A stretch of 63,942 nucleotides of DNA, filler included, from 7 parts of 7 records of this genome joined end to end with filler, not necessarily neighbours in it; one strand, 5' to 3'; counted from the first letter of the whole stretch, positions 50,757 through 63,879 are shown. The notes: generated by a model not told the origin, from the letters alone. Made by a program: numbers and translations.

Positions 50757-51335
50757 ATGCGCACACAGCATAAACGAGAATATTACATCCCCAAAGGCGC
50801 GACCAAGGTAGAAGACAAGCAGTCAGACGCGGTTGTCTATATCTACGCCAATAAGAGCGGCGAACCTTGCGGCGTGGCCTTTCATGGCCGTGCGCAAAAG
50901 CCTGATTGGCAATATCGCTTCCGAAGCTTGGCAGAACGCGAAAAGACCGTGCGCGACTTGTTCGACTCACGGCAAGCACATTGCGAATACAGGGCCAAGC
51001 AAACCAAAAAGGGCCGCGAGTTACAGGTTGGCCACATCCTCTATACGTCCTGGGGATACGACCAAACCAACACCGAGTATTTCGAAGTTACCAAGCTTGT
51101 TGGTAAATCCATGGTTGAGCTGCGCCAGATTAATTGCGTATCGACTGAGGACGGCAGCCCGCAAGCCAAAGTTATTCCGCAATCAGGCGATTATGTGACG
51201 AGCCACAGCCCATTTGCTAATGAAGTCTTGCGCAAGCGCGTTAGCGGCACATCCGTAAAGATTGACAGCTGCCGGACCGCTTACCTTTGGGATGGCCGCC
51301 CCAAGACCGTTACCGGCGCATATTACGGCCACTAA
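50757..51335 (+). CDS. Hypothetical phage/plasmid-type protein
   Basis: AAGGA RBS; GHILYTSWGYDQTNTEYFEV. Confidence 0.75.
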   Translation: MRTQHKREYYIPKGATKVEDKQSDAVVYIYANKSGEPCGVAFHGRAQKPDWQYRFRSLAEREKTVRDLFDSRQAHCEYRAKQTKKGRELQVGHILYTSWGYDQTNTEYFEVTKLVGKSMVELRQINCVSTEDGSPQAKVIPQSGDYVTSHSPFANEVLRKRVSGTSVKIDSCRTAYLWDGRPKTVTGAYYGH

Positions 51336-51344
51336 GGAGAACCC

Positions 51345-51554
51345 ATGACCCCTGAACAATTCAAAGCATGGCGCCAGCGCTTCGGCATGTCTCAACGTGA
51401 AGCCGGTGAAGCGCTGGGCCTGTCCCTCAACACCGTTTACCTCTACGAAAAGGGCGAAAGAGACGGCGGCCGCAAGGTCGAAATCCCCAAAACCGTCAGA
51501 CTTGCAATGGCCGCAATCGCCCTTGGACTATCAGACTACGACGGGCCGGAATGA
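51345..51554 (+). CDS. XRE/Cro-like helix-turn-helix regulator
   Basis: MTPEQFKAWRQRFGMSQREAGEALGLSLNTVYLYEKG..IPKTVRLA. Confidence 0.9.
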   Translation: MTPEQFKAWRQRFGMSQREAGEALGLSLNTVYLYEKGERDGGRKVEIPKTVRLAMAAIALGLSDYDGPE

Positions 51555-51904
51555 GAGTCGTTCTGGCCCTTCTTCTTTTCTCTTCCCTAGCTTTCGCGTC
51601 CGACCGTATCGAGGGCGTTGCGCGCGTGTCCGACGGTGACACCATCCGCATTCAAGAGCACCGTATCCGACTTTGGGGAATCGATGCTCCAGAGCGCCGC
51701 TCGCGGTCAGGAGAAGCCGCTCGGCTATGGCTGATGCGGTTCCTGTCAGATAAGCGCGTGTCATGCTTCCAGAAGGACACAGACCGATACAAGCGTATCG
51801 TCGCGCAGTGCTTCGTCGGTAAGAAGGATATCGCGCGGGAACTCGTCCGGGCCGGTCACGCAAAAGACTGGCCGAAATATTCTGGTGGTTACTATGCCCG
51901 GTAA
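51551..51904 (+). CDS. Thermonuclease (SNase-like) with signal peptide
   Basis: VSDGDTI, IRLWGIDAPE, DRYKRIVAQC, LVRAGHA. Confidence 0.9.
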   Translation: MRVVLALLLFSSLAFASDRIEGVARVSDGDTIRIQEHRIRLWGIDAPERRSRSGEAARLWLMRFLSDKRVSCFQKDTDRYKRIVAQCFVGKKDIARELVRAGHAKDWPKYSGGYYAR

Positions 51905-52239
51905 CACGAAACCCGCCGCGGTTTTCTCCGGGCGGGCGCAACTTTAATCACTGAATTAATCCCGTTTAGCAAATTTCGAAGAGTTACGCAAGTCATACTG
52001 CCGACAATGCTTCGAGCCCAATTTTCAGCNNNNNNNNNNNNNNNNNNNNNNNNNNNNNNNNNNNNNNNNNNNNTTAATTAATTAANNNNNNNNNNNNNNN
52101 NNNNNNNNNNNNNNNNNNNNNNNNNNNNNCGTCGTCGTCGTCGTCGTCGTCGTTGTTTTCGTGTCTTTTATTATTTTTTCGCGTGTCTTTCTTGCTTGTG
52201 CAGCACAGGTCTAAGTGAGCGCAGGGGTCAGCCAACTAC

Positions 52240-54599
52240 ATGAGCTCGACCACCAGCAGCGACGCGGACGACGACACGATGAGCGCTGGCAGCAGCTCCT
52301 TCGACGACGAGCGTACCGAGTGTCCGAGCCGGTGTGCTGCTGCAACCACTCCCACAGTGTCGCACTCGCACTCAAACTCTCTTCTTCCTGCAGTTCGTCC
52401 CACCGACGCGAGGAACGACTCTCAGGAAGAGCACCGGCACCGACGAAGGCAACACGAACTTAACCACACTGCTACCTGTGGTGGCGGTGACTCTGTTATT
52501 GTCCCGTCGCGGCACTCACTCCCAGCTGCTCACTGCCAGACACCGCTGGGCAACAGTGGCGTGGCAGATTCATCACGGAGCGCGGCTAGAGCCGTGGGCA
52601 GAGTCGCTGCCTGCGCCAATGCCATCGACGCTGCAAATAAGACGCGTGTGTCCACTGCCAAGAAGCGGTGGAACATTGCGTGCCTGTTCGCGGTGCGCTG
52701 CCTGTGCAGCGCTGCCGGGTCGTTCGTGATGGTCTCTTCGAGCGAGATGCTTCTACGCGTATTTCAGGGCAACACAGCTCGCTCCCAGCGTGTGATGTCG
52801 GCGCTATCGACTGCATCTATTGTAGCAACCTTTCTCACTGGGCCCTTAAGCGGAGCGCTCATTGATAGCTGGGGCCGCCGGGCATGCGTGTGGGTATCGT
52901 TGCTTTGTGCGGGACTTCTGCGTGTGTGGGTGTCTTTACGCCCTTCGGTTGCTCGCTATGTTGTCTATCGCATCGCCCTTTCAGTGCTACTTCAACCTCT
53001 CTTTCCAGCCCTTCGCGCCGCTCTCAGCGATATCGTGCCGCGGTCGAGCGATAAGTACCTGCAATTGAGTATGCAGATGGAGACTGCATCAACGGTCGTT
53101 CGCATCGTTGGATTGTATGTTGTCGGCAAGCTGGGGGACCCACGAACGGGAATGTTGGCGGCGGCGGCATGCTCGCTATCAGCAGCCTTGGTGGCGTTTG
53201 CCGGACTGCGCGAGACCTTGACGCCGGCAAAAGCACGACCAGTCAACTGGACTGCTCTTGGCAACCCGCTGGGGTCGGTGGCAGACGTGCTGGAAAAGTG
53301 TCCACCGATGAAGCCCCTTGTGGCACTGTACGTGCTGTTGTCCATTCCTGCCAACAACGGCTGCCTTGGCATGTATCGTCGGGCCCGCTTCCGAGACTGG
53401 GACATGGCAGACGAATCCTGGCTGTCCATCCAGGGCGAGCTTTGGGGGTGCGTGGTGCAAATAAGCGCATTTAACTGAAATGGCAGTTTGGAGTTTGCTT
53501 GTTGCATTGCGCCATGGTGGTTCTTTGGCTTGATTTATTGCTCATGATCCGTATCGTTTGCCGCGGCCTGTGGTACGCTGGTGCAATATCGGTACCGGTA
53601 TCCATGTCTGTTCAAACACTGTAACAGGCTTGGTGCACGGCTTTTCGCTCCTGGAATGATGCATTGGTTGGGTTTGAAAGGAACAACACAGCTCGGCCAG
53701 CGACTTGGTATTCTTTGCAATCTCATCAATATTTCAGCACGTCGCAAATGGCACCTGGGAATGACGCAATTGCTCGCGGTTCGTACTTTCAATGATCAAA
53801 AGGTTGCAAATGAAACTGTACAAACACGAGTGCACAGCGTTTCTGGTTGAAACTATTTCCAGGGGCTCAAACCTTGGGGTAATGTGTGTACTAGGCGTTT
53901 CGCTTCAGTTTGATGGCATTGGACCGAGAGATTGCACTACAAACCGAGGGCTCGAATCTCGGTGAAGGTACCAGCCATGGATTTTTGCGAACAAGCGAAT
54001 GGTGGATGTGATCCGGGCTCCATTCGTGGTGTCATTGTTTGTGGCGCTGGTTTTGTTGCGGTCTTTGCAGGTCAAAAAGAAGCACTTTTGACGAATATCT
54101 GTACTTTTCCTGACATCATTGTTCGTCCTGATCTCATTTTTGACGTCTTTTGGGTTCGTTCGTTCCGTGCACCGCGTGACACTCACGCTCTGTGCATCTG
54201 CACGACGGCTTGCTTGCTCAGGCTTCGAATGGATTCGCGCAGCTTTTTGCGGCAACGGAACGCGTTGGGCGCCCCGAACTCGTCTTCATCCTTGCTGCGG
54301 CGCTCCAAGCATGTAATAGCGAGGGCCTTATCCCTCTGTTGTGGCCGCTGCCACACGCGCACCACGGAATGCAAGATACCGTTTCGAAGCCTGCACCAAC
54401 CTCAACCGATGGTGCGGTCGGAAAAAGTACATATCGCAACATGAACAGCTCACGCGAGCAGCTGGGAATCAATGAACGACAGTGTTTTGCGAGTGACGAA
54501 CGACTCACAAGTGCTTGTGAAAAGCAAGATGCAGAAACAGATGACGACAGTAGCGATAATGACGCGCCCGTCCTGCAAAAACCTCCCAATCGCGTTTGA
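52240..54599 (+). CDS. MFS transporter (TetA/HIAT-like), eukaryotic; long first exon, downstream exons approximate
   Basis: Motif A GALIDSWGRR, AALSDIV, LRETL, NPLGS; further hydrophobic exons downstream. Confidence 0.75.
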
Positions 54600-54738
54600 G
54601 AGCGTAAAATAAAAAAAAAAAACTAATTACAATAATGACACAGTTGCGCGAAGCTGCAATTTCTGTGAAGATCAGAGGTGGCAAGTGTGATTTTCTTCGT
54701 CCACTGCAATAGCGCGGCACACGGGCTTGGCCTTTAAA

Positions 54739-57700
54739 TTAAATATGGGCCGTGCGTTTCACGACGATGGGGGTGTAGTCAAGCGCATCCCCTCCATCAA
54801 GAATCAACTGTCCATGGGCCTTTTTCTTTCGTTTCTTTTTTCGTTTTTTCTTGTCTCGGTCCTTCATCGATTTTGCCTTTGTCAGTCGTTTTCGTTGCTG
54901 GGGGGACTGGCTCCGTTTGCGTCTGGTCCGCATTGCCACATCGTGATCGTCATCATCAAGAACATTGCGACCACTGGCGTCATTGGTCGGGGCAGTTTCT
55001 ATATTTGCCGTGGCTGGTGGCTCTTCTCGTGCGAGGGTGACGCGCTGCTTGCTGGAAACCTGCTTCGCTGCAGCCTTAGTTTTCTTGTGTATCGTAACAG
55101 TAGTGTCGTCGTCCAATGACGAATCCACCGCACAAACGCTGGACTCGGGCCTTTGTGGCGAGTCATCTGGCTCATGGGACTTGGACCGTGTTCGATGATG
55201 CGGGTTTTCTTGAAGCATTGTGCCCATGACTGCATCTTCGAGCTCGGCGTCAACGGTAGTATCCGCAGGTAGCGCTGCTTGCTGGCTAGCGCTGGATGAC
55301 ATTGCAGTGGTTTCGGCTGGCGTTGACGATGGAGATGTTTTTGCCCTGCGCTTGGGTGCACGTTTTGTTCCTCCTCGAGTGGATCGTCGCCTTGTTTTTT
55401 GGGTACCCATATTGGAGGGAAGGGCGTTAAACTCTTTCTCCAACTCAGTGGCTTTTGAGTTGCGCTTGACTGTTTTTTCACGAGCGCGGCGCACTTGTTT
55501 GGCTTTCATGCGCGCCTTGCGGCGACTGATCTGTAGTGTATCTTTGCCAAGGACGGCTTTCTCGACCACTATGTTGGTTTCGTCGTCAAATTCCTCCTTG
55601 TGCACGTCAATGCCTTTGGAGTTTAAGCTATCTGCACGAGAATTCCTGCTGATTGGCGAAAGCTCGATGCCGAGGGAAGACGAGTCTTGCAAAAGCTCGC
55701 TGGCAAACAAATCATCCTCAGCTTTAGCACTTGCAGCCGCCCTTTGGCGACGTTCAGCTTCTTCGTACTCGCGAATGGCTTGCTCCGAGTCCAATCGCTG
55801 CTGGCTCGGCACACCTTGCCGAGGGCCCTCCGATTTTGATTCAATGCTTCCATCGCCTGACTTCGACCAATTTCCTGACGGCAAATCACTCTGCTGTATT
55901 TTATTTTTCTTGCGGCATTTGTGGCGACACGCGCACGCCACCCACACCACGACTATGAGCAAAACCACCAATGAAATACCAACAGCAATAATCCAAGGCA
56001 CGTCTTTGTCGGTGATGGGCGAGTCACCCTCTCCCGAAGCGACTGAATCGTGTTCGCTAGTGACCATCATCTGCGTTGTCAACATTGCTGTGCGTCTGGT
56101 AGTGCTGCTTTCACCAAAAACGGTATTGATAGCTCCCAGCAAATCAATAACAGAGTCACCGTCAATCAAGTCTGTGACTTGTACTTCCACAAAAACGTTA
56201 ACCACTGGTGGGGATGAACCTGTGATTTCGAGACCAAGATCCGGACCAAGTTCAGTGAGATCCCCAATACCCGGCGGCGCACTGGTCCCACCTGCGGTCC
56301 CCAAATCGTCCTTGACGCCACCAACAAATGCCGAGTCGATTGACAAAGTGTGTGCTTCGCAATCTTCTGTCACCTTCAACGATTTGACTCCGCAGCTTCC
56401 CGACTCACTGCAAGCTCCATCGCACACAGCAGAGGTTAAAAGGTTGCCAACCCATTCTGTTGCACCCTGACCGCAGACGTAGGTGCTTCCGTTTGAAACG
56501 TTCCCAATCGTCAAATTAAATGAAACATTTGCGCCTTTTCGAAGCAGCACGGAAATATTGGCCGTCCGGAATGTTACGCTTCCACAACCATCGTTAGTGG
56601 TTGCTTCAAGCGCTATGCTGGTGTTGGGTGCGACAGCAGTGCCAGCTGTGCTGTTCACTTTATTCAGGCTTGAGCACATGTCTTGGTTGTTAGTAAGGTG
56701 CGTGCAAAGTGCCAAGGCGGTGTTCGAAAAATTTGATTGGGGGTTGATGTTTAGCACTGTCACACCCGAATTGCTTGCCGTGGTTGCGATCGTGAGAGGT
56801 GCGAATTCGGTACTTGCAGTCACCGTTGTAGGAGCAATGAATCCTTGAAGACGCAACTCGAAAACAAATGTCGAAACGTCATACAGATGCCGCAAATGAT
56901 TCGGCGCCACCGTTGTTGAGGGAGTGCGCAATAACGTGGTGGCTGGGACTGGCTTCGATGAAATTTTGGTCGTCAGCACAGCATTACTGGTTGATACCGT
57001 TGGCTGAAGGACGTGCCCGGTGGTAGTGACAGGTGCCGCACTTGAAATGTTAAAAGGAAATTCAAAGAAAGGCCGACGGCAAGTGAATAGTGCATCGCTG
57101 AGGTCCGAAAACACGGAGTCGCGCACATAGTTTCCATATGGTCCGTCAAAATACAGCAAAATTTCAAGATGAGGTACACATGTCGCCATAACAGCACACG
57201 GCAAGAAATTATCCCCAGCCTGGTCCCTTAAAAAGCCAAGGACTCTCTGCTTGAATAAAGCCCCGTTGGAAGCACCCGATTCCGAGGCGCTCACGCAAGC
57301 GGTGTGTGCTTGGTCACGATAGTCATACAGAACTACAGCAGCCGCGTCTTGGTCGTCTGTACAAGTAGCAACGGCAGCATGCGTTGTAGAACTCGGCATA
57401 TAGGAACCGCACACAAGGTCGCTGTCTCCATCATTGCCTGAATCGGCAGGACATGAGTCCACGTTTCCGCAAATATTGTCGGAATCGGCGTCATTGTCAG
57501 CATCCGTTGGACAAGAGTCAAGATCAGCACAGATACTGTCGCTGTCGATGTCGTTCTCAGAGTCTTCGGAGCAGGAGTCAAGATCCCCACACAAATTGTC
57601 ACTGTCTCTGTCATTGTGTGAATCGAACGAACAACTATCCTCGTCGGCACACAGCGTGTCACTGTCAGCATCATTTTGCCCATCCGCAACGCATGAATCG

Positions 57701-58360
57701 ACATCAGCGCAGACGCTATCAGAATCCACATCGTTGTAAAAGTCATTTGGGCAAGAGTCTGTGTTTTCGCAAACCGTGTCGGAATCCCAATCGTTGTTCG
57801 CGTCGTCAGGACAGCTGTCGTCATCGCGGCAACGATTATCACCATCAACATCGTTCGTGGCGTCATTGGGGCACGAATCCAAGTCACAGCATACCATGTC
57901 TGAGTCAGCGTCATTGGCTCCATCAAACTGACAGGAATCAACATCGCCACATATTGTGTCCGAGTCAGTGTCATTTTCTGCATCGTTGCAACAAGAATCA
58001 GCGCCGCAGCACAACATGTCTGAGTCGGCATCATTGAACATGTCACCGATACAGGAATCTGCGTCATCGCAAATGGAATCCGAGTCGGGATCATTTGCAG
58101 CGTCGTATGGGCACGAATCCATGTGTGCGCAGATTCCATCTGAATCTGCGTCGTTTTCTGCGTCGTGACGACATAATTGCCGATCGCCACAGACGGCATC
58201 AGAGTCAGCATCATTCTCTGCATCGTGTGCGCAGGAGTCGTTTTCACCACAGAGGGTATCTGAATCAGCATCGTTCATGATATCTTGGGAACATGAATCC
58301 ACATCACCACAAATGACGTCCGAGTCGACGTCATTACTCTCGTCATAGGGACAAGAATCA
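54739..58360 (-). CDS. Single-pass membrane protein with thrombospondin type-3-like Asp/Cys repeats (5' truncated)
   Basis: 20-aa repeats DSCxxDxxNDxDSDxxC, Thr-rich stalk, TM segment PWIIAVGISLVVLLIVVVWVAC, long charged tail. Confidence 0.85.
57405..58360 (-). repeat. About 15-16 tandem 60-nt coding repeats (TSP3-like)
   Basis: DSC-x2-D-x2-ND-x-DSD-x2-C periodicity running to the contig edge. Confidence 0.9.
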
Positions 58361-58582
58361 NNNNNNNNNNNNNNNNNNNNNNNNNNNNNNNNNNNNNNNN
58401 NNNNTTAATTAATTAANNNNNNNNNNNNNNNNNNNNNNNNNNNNNNNNNNNNNNNNNNNNTTTTTTTTTTTTTTTTTTTTTTCTGATTTTCTTTTGACGG
58501 CAATTGAACGAGGCACCGACCGACTGGAAGGAATGCTGGACGCGGTGGTGTTACGCTTCTTGGTGGAGAGCTGTGCGTGAGA

Positions 58583-61500
58583 ATGGCCGTTCGCCGCGTT
58601 TCGATATGTGCTGGCGCGTTGGCTTGTCTTGCCCGATCGTGGGCAGCGGCTGCACGAAGCCCCTCTCCGTTCGCACTTGAAGTGGCGGCTCGCCTGCAGC
58701 CCGTGCTCGACGAACTTGCAGAGTACTACAACACGTCGTTTGCTGTCGGGGTTGCCGGTGCTTCCGATCCCGCGGGATTCAGCGTGGTGGCTGGAAATGA
58801 TGTTTCTGGCAGCAAAGTGACGACGGATTCCGTGTACCCCGTTGGATCAGCAACAAAGTTGTACACCGCCACGGCAGTTTTGGAGGCACAGGAACGTGGT
58901 CTTGTGGACCTTGATACACCTGCCGTCGTTTATTTGGACCCGTTCTTGCAGCGCACCAACGGCACTACTTTTTCACGTCTGTGGGGTACTGACGAGGTCA
59001 ATAACATTACGGTCAGGCAGTTACTGAGCATGAGATCGGGGATCGACGACTACGATGACGCCGCACTGCACAGCTTCGAGGACGACCCCGCTACTTTTGC
59101 AATTGACCAAACTCCGTTTGACTACCTGCATCGCTGGGCCAAAAAGGGAATCCTTTTCCCCCCAGGCGATGGTGGTGCATACTCCAGCATCAATTACGTT
59201 CTTGCAGGCCTTGTTGTGGCATCCGTTCACAATGCCTCGACGTGGCTCGACTTGGACCAGCGAAGCTTTCTTCCCGCACCGCTACAGGCGAGTTGATCGT
59301 TGGCGCCGGCCTTTTTTGAATATCAAGCGTGTTGACGGATGAACGCAATTTGCTGACTGCGTTTCAGCAACCATTTCCTTTTACTTTCGAACTGTTGAAC
59401 TGAACCCAACATAGAAACCGCTGGAAAATTTGACTTTTCCTCTGTTGGGACCTTGCGCTTCGTTCGCCAATGTCGTGCATCAATTTACTGCAAACTTGAC
59501 TGAAAGCTCGTCTCAGGTGCGTAACACAACGACCATTGTGTGGTACAGGAGACAGGTTTTATTGTTGCACATTACTCACCGAAAACCAGGATTGCGCTTA
59601 AACTATTGTGTGCAACAACCGTCGCAAGGCGTGGATGAACATCGCGTACGAGGACCTCATTGACGGAAGCTGCCTGAATGGATGGACGATGGGCAATCTG
59701 GCGGCAACGCCGCAAGCGCTCGCGGGGGCACTGTACAATATCTTTGGAACAAAGCCGATAGCGCCCATTTTAAGTTCAGAGTCAATCGCACAAATGATGT
59801 CGTTTAGCCCGGTCCGTGCAGTTCAACCCCAGTGTGGCGATATGATCGTGTTTGCGTGCCTGTCGACGCTTACGTTGCTTGTTGCCACGCTGACTTGTAG
59901 CTAACGGTTGGGTGGTCTGTTGGCTTGGAGTACGGTCTTGGCTTAATGAACAACACAATGTGGCCCTCGCCAGGGCTCCCGGTCGGCTTTGATGTTTTCT
60001 TGGGTGCGTTGACCAAGTTGCATTCAACGTGGCTCGCAAGAAATACAAAGTGTAGACCAGTTTCAGGACCAAAATTCATTTTTTGAGTGGACGCGCACGT
60101 AGGACATGCTGGACAGGACTATGGAAGCGGCGCACCTTTACATCACTATCATCCTGCCAGTGATATTGCAATAGCGGTTGCACTTAGCTCTGAGACGGGG
60201 CAGAACTGTTCGCTTTCTCCTGTAACTGTGCGTTGTGCACTGTGTTTCATTGCAATGAGGCACGCGTCTTTTTTATGGTCCTTGAAATATCCGGTCGACA
60301 CCGTTGCAGGCAAACTTTGGGGCTGCAAGCGTTGTCCCATGTCTAGTTTGGAACACGGTGATCTCGGTGTACACGGCAGGCAATGTATCCATTCAGTGCC
60401 CTGGTGCTCCACCCGGCAACGAAGAAACCAAATACGTTGTTCAACCCAAAGCACGACAAACTGCCCTGCACTGCGCCACTGAAGACAACGGGATTTGCAT
60501 TGGTGCATCCACGCACTTGTCTCAAACCGAGTGTTACGCGTGAGTTCAAGATATTTGTCGACGGAGTGTGGGCGACCTGTATTGCCTTGGATACAGCTTA
60601 GAGTGGTGTTGCGTGCCAGGTGGAAGGTCCTTCATGCTGTGACGAATGGACCCGCCTGGAAGCAGTGCTTTGACAAATGGAGTGACCCTTGCGGTTGTTC
60701 CCTCGTCCAATGCGATTCATCTGGCCTGCATGTACAGCAGATGCACCTAGCCAGCAACGGACTGTTTGGACCGCTTCCAAAGGGTGTTGTGTCGCAGTTT
60801 GTGGCATTGCAGGCGCTGCATGTGAACAGCAACGAATTGTACGTGCGCAACACTTCTGTGATACCCTTCCCGCTCCTGCTTGTTCTCTTCTTCTCCTGTT
60901 GCGATTCTTTCTGTTTGTCACCTCGACGACGTGATGACGCAACACAACCACATCATGGTTTGGTAGGTTCGGGAACGTTCCTGCAGACTTGACAATGCCC
61001 GAGCTTCGTCTCCTAAACTTGTCTGGTGCGTGAGTAAAACAAAGACAACCACCGACTATGTCTTCAGGATTGTGCAGGTTGCGATGCCTTACTCTGGTTT
61101 TGCGTCCCCCAGGAAACTTCTTTGGGGGTGCCCTCCCCCCGTTGCCATTCGAACAATTTTCGCAAGGCTGCGAATTGCTCAGCCCAAGTCGCAGCAACGA
61201 ATTCTCTTGTCCGCTTCCTGGATCGGTGTTTGACCTCTGTGACCCCAGAGATGTTGCGACGTGCTTTGATCTGTCAAACTTGACGTCGGGCGAATGTTTC
61301 GCAGGAATGAATTCCCTTTACGCATCACCCGCTGTCCAGGCTTCAGATGCAGCTTTCAACGCAGAGGCCGTCGCTTTGACCAACGCTGCGGGAGCGCAGA
61401 GCTGCGGCGCAGTCATGACTACGCGCGAATGCAACATCACTGTCGATTGGTCACAGCACCAGGTTCGTTGACTCAATCTTGTTGTTGCAGGTGATGTGTT

Positions 61501-61823
61501 GAAAAGTGCGTGCTAACCGTGTTGCAATAATTGGCTAGGCGGTGCTCCGTGACGCAGCTGCTGCCGTTCAAAGCGTGGACGCAGCCGGTTCGTTTTGCTT
61601 ACTTGACGAACAATTCGTGGGCAACATGTTTGCTGTCGGAGATGTGCAATACCAAATTTCCGATGGAAGTTCGATCGCCTTCCCCGGGGCCTGCAATGCC
61701 ACAGAGCGCAACACAATTATTGCTTACCAAGCCCGCCCAACGCAGTGCTTGCCACGAGGCTTGGTCAATTGTGCCTATCAGCTGTCTCCCAACGCTGCCA
61801 CGACCTGTTCCATGCGCGGTTGA
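58583..61823 (+). CDS. Secreted beta-lactamase-family serine hydrolase with downstream LRR/Cys-rich exons; multi-exon (may be two genes)
   Basis: Signal peptide; GSATK (SxxK), ITVRQLLSMRSG, FPPG....YSSINY, GHAGQDYG; later LRR-like HLASNGLFGPLP, LHVNSNEL, GNFFGGALP. Confidence 0.7.
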
Positions 61824-61950
61824 CTTGTGTTGATAACGAAAAAAAAAAAAACTTATTACACACCGACATAGTAACGTAATTTTGTGTTTTGTATTGTTTT
61901 TTTGGAATGCCGAGTTGCGCACGCTGCCGCTTCCGCCATTCAGGTGAGCA

Positions 61951-63644
61951 CTATTCCACCCAATGGTACACACGCACCCAGTCGATCAGGTACTCCTGAG
62001 GGAATATGTCGACGTCTGTGGGTAAAACGCGTTCCATTACACACGACGTGAATGCCAAAAAAAGCGGGTCTGTGAATAAGCCAGCTGTCGTTGCATTGGA
62101 CATGTCGGAGACCTGGAGTATTGTCCCACACAATTAATCTGGAGTTGTCGAATCAAGGCCGAAGTGGCAAAATCAGAGTCACTTTGCAAACCTACCAGCT
62201 CGTTGTCAATGTACATAACCATACGGTCCACTAGCCAGTCCAGAGTAAACACGTGCCAGTCCGAAGTGAGATCTAAATACTTCTGGTACCTGCAGTGTGC
62301 ACATACAAACACAATTGAGGCCCGGTCGTTGAAAAGCATGATGCTCGACCTTGGCCAGAAAAATCATTCGCAAAAGACTTACTGCACATGTGACGTCTCT
62401 TTCTTGCAAGAAGTTGAGCTTCGGCCGGAGAAGGGATGAAGATTTCCAGCAGCACGAGACGTATAATCGCCGGGCGTCGATGACCCGGCGTATTGCTCGA
62501 CGAGGTCAATTTCTTGTGGACATCCTGATATATTGGGTGCAGGCCCTGGGCGCCCAGGAATAACGTGACTCTAACATCACAGACATGTTACAACACTCAT
62601 TGAGATGCCTGTTGCCAACAACGCACGTCACGACACGACGATGTTTCATTGACCAAGTGTCTAACGGACCTGAGAGACATCAGTGATTAGCCAAATGGAT
62701 GAGTGAAGTGTGTAGCCTGGGGAGCGGTTGACGTCGGGAAGCTTGACACGAGCCGAGAACCGACCCCGATGCTGCGACAAACCTCCTGCAGACGAGTTGA
62801 TTGCGCCACTGGCGACGAAATAATCAACTCCGTCAACGGTTTGGTTGCGTGCGACGGTTTGCAGCACCAACGTGCCATTGCGTAAAAACACATTATCCGC
62901 AGAATAAACGCCACCGCGATGAATCTACTCACCGCAGGAAACGAAATACAATGGAATAATCAAACATTGAGTCAAAGCAAGCTTCCAACAATTTGTCCAT
63001 TCGCGCTCGTCATGAACGTCAGCTCCCGACCTGCTCAAGAACATTCCACAGACTCGCGTTGAGCGTTGGGCCATCGAAGTCATCCTCGACAACTAACTGA
63101 GCCTCGGGAGCCGGAGGTGCTGGCTTCGGACTAGGTGCTGGTGCAGGCGCCGGTTGAGGTGTTGGGGCTGGTCCAAGGCTCGGTGACCGCGTTAAGGTTG
63201 GCGGCGGGTCTTCGCCTTCCTCGTCAAACCAAGAAACCGCAGACCCCAGTGACGGAGGCGCTGCAGTCGGTCGCTCTGCTCTATAAAAGCAATGCTTTCC
63301 TGCACAAACGCGCAGGAAACAATCGAGCAAGGATGAATCGTGCATGATTCGATTGAAGCGAAGACGGTGCCAACGGCGACAGCGACTACTCAGCAGCAGT
63401 CATTCGCACCCGGGTCTCCAAGGCTCCAAAAGCCCTCGAACCTGTACAGCTTGTGCGTGTCGTCCATTTCGAACATTCGAGCGCCGCCAAACGGCGACGG
63501 GGACAGCTGGTAGCAACCATTGAAGTCGAAGGAGCCGGCCCCTTCGACTTCGAATCCGGAACAGTTGTTGGAAGAAGCAGCAGAACCTGTCCGCGTCGAG
63601 GCAACCGCGACGGCGAGCAGCAACGGTAGAGCAGCCAGCTGCAT
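61951..63644 (-). CDS. Secreted glycoside hydrolase family 16; multi-exon
   Basis: Signal peptide; Pro linker; EDDFDGPTLNASLW, GRFSARVKLP, catalytic EIDLVE, WHVFTLDW...YIDN, IDWVRVY. Confidence 0.88.
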
Positions 63645-63879
63645 TTTATTTACGGCAGATGTGATCCAGGGTATTATTAAAATTGATGGTTACCTCGTGT
63701 GCTTCGGCTGGTGCGCCGTGGACGGGGACGGGGCACAGCAGCGGGGAGGGGGCAAGAGAGAGGACAACGGCCGCAACAGAAAGAAATGAAAAACATGAAA
63801 CAAACGTTTCTCGCTGTCTCTCTCTCTCTCTCTCTCCGACTCCCGCTCTCTGTTTTGCCTTTCGCGTTCGCAAGGGACA

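Larger units (their letters stand above)
31779..52029 (-). mobile_element. Podovirus-like tailed phage (or prophage) morphogenesis region
   Basis: Collinear terS-terL-portal-scaffold-capsid-decoration-adaptor-nozzle-GNAT-ejection gene order; no tape-measure gene seen. Confidence 0.93.

Noticed and set aside
55220-56470. Long opposite-strand ORFs (also 37963-39021, 21880-22887, 29911-30906)
   Set aside because: Shadow frames of real genes with no recognisable motifs.
57405-58360. Periodic 60-nt DNA repeat as a non-coding array
   Set aside because: Explained by TSP3-like protein repeats.
8431-58460. Repeated TTAATTAATTAA palindrome, and apparent bacteria/phage-to-eukaryote gene transfer
   Set aside because: It is an artificial contig linker inside N runs; no real junction is visible.
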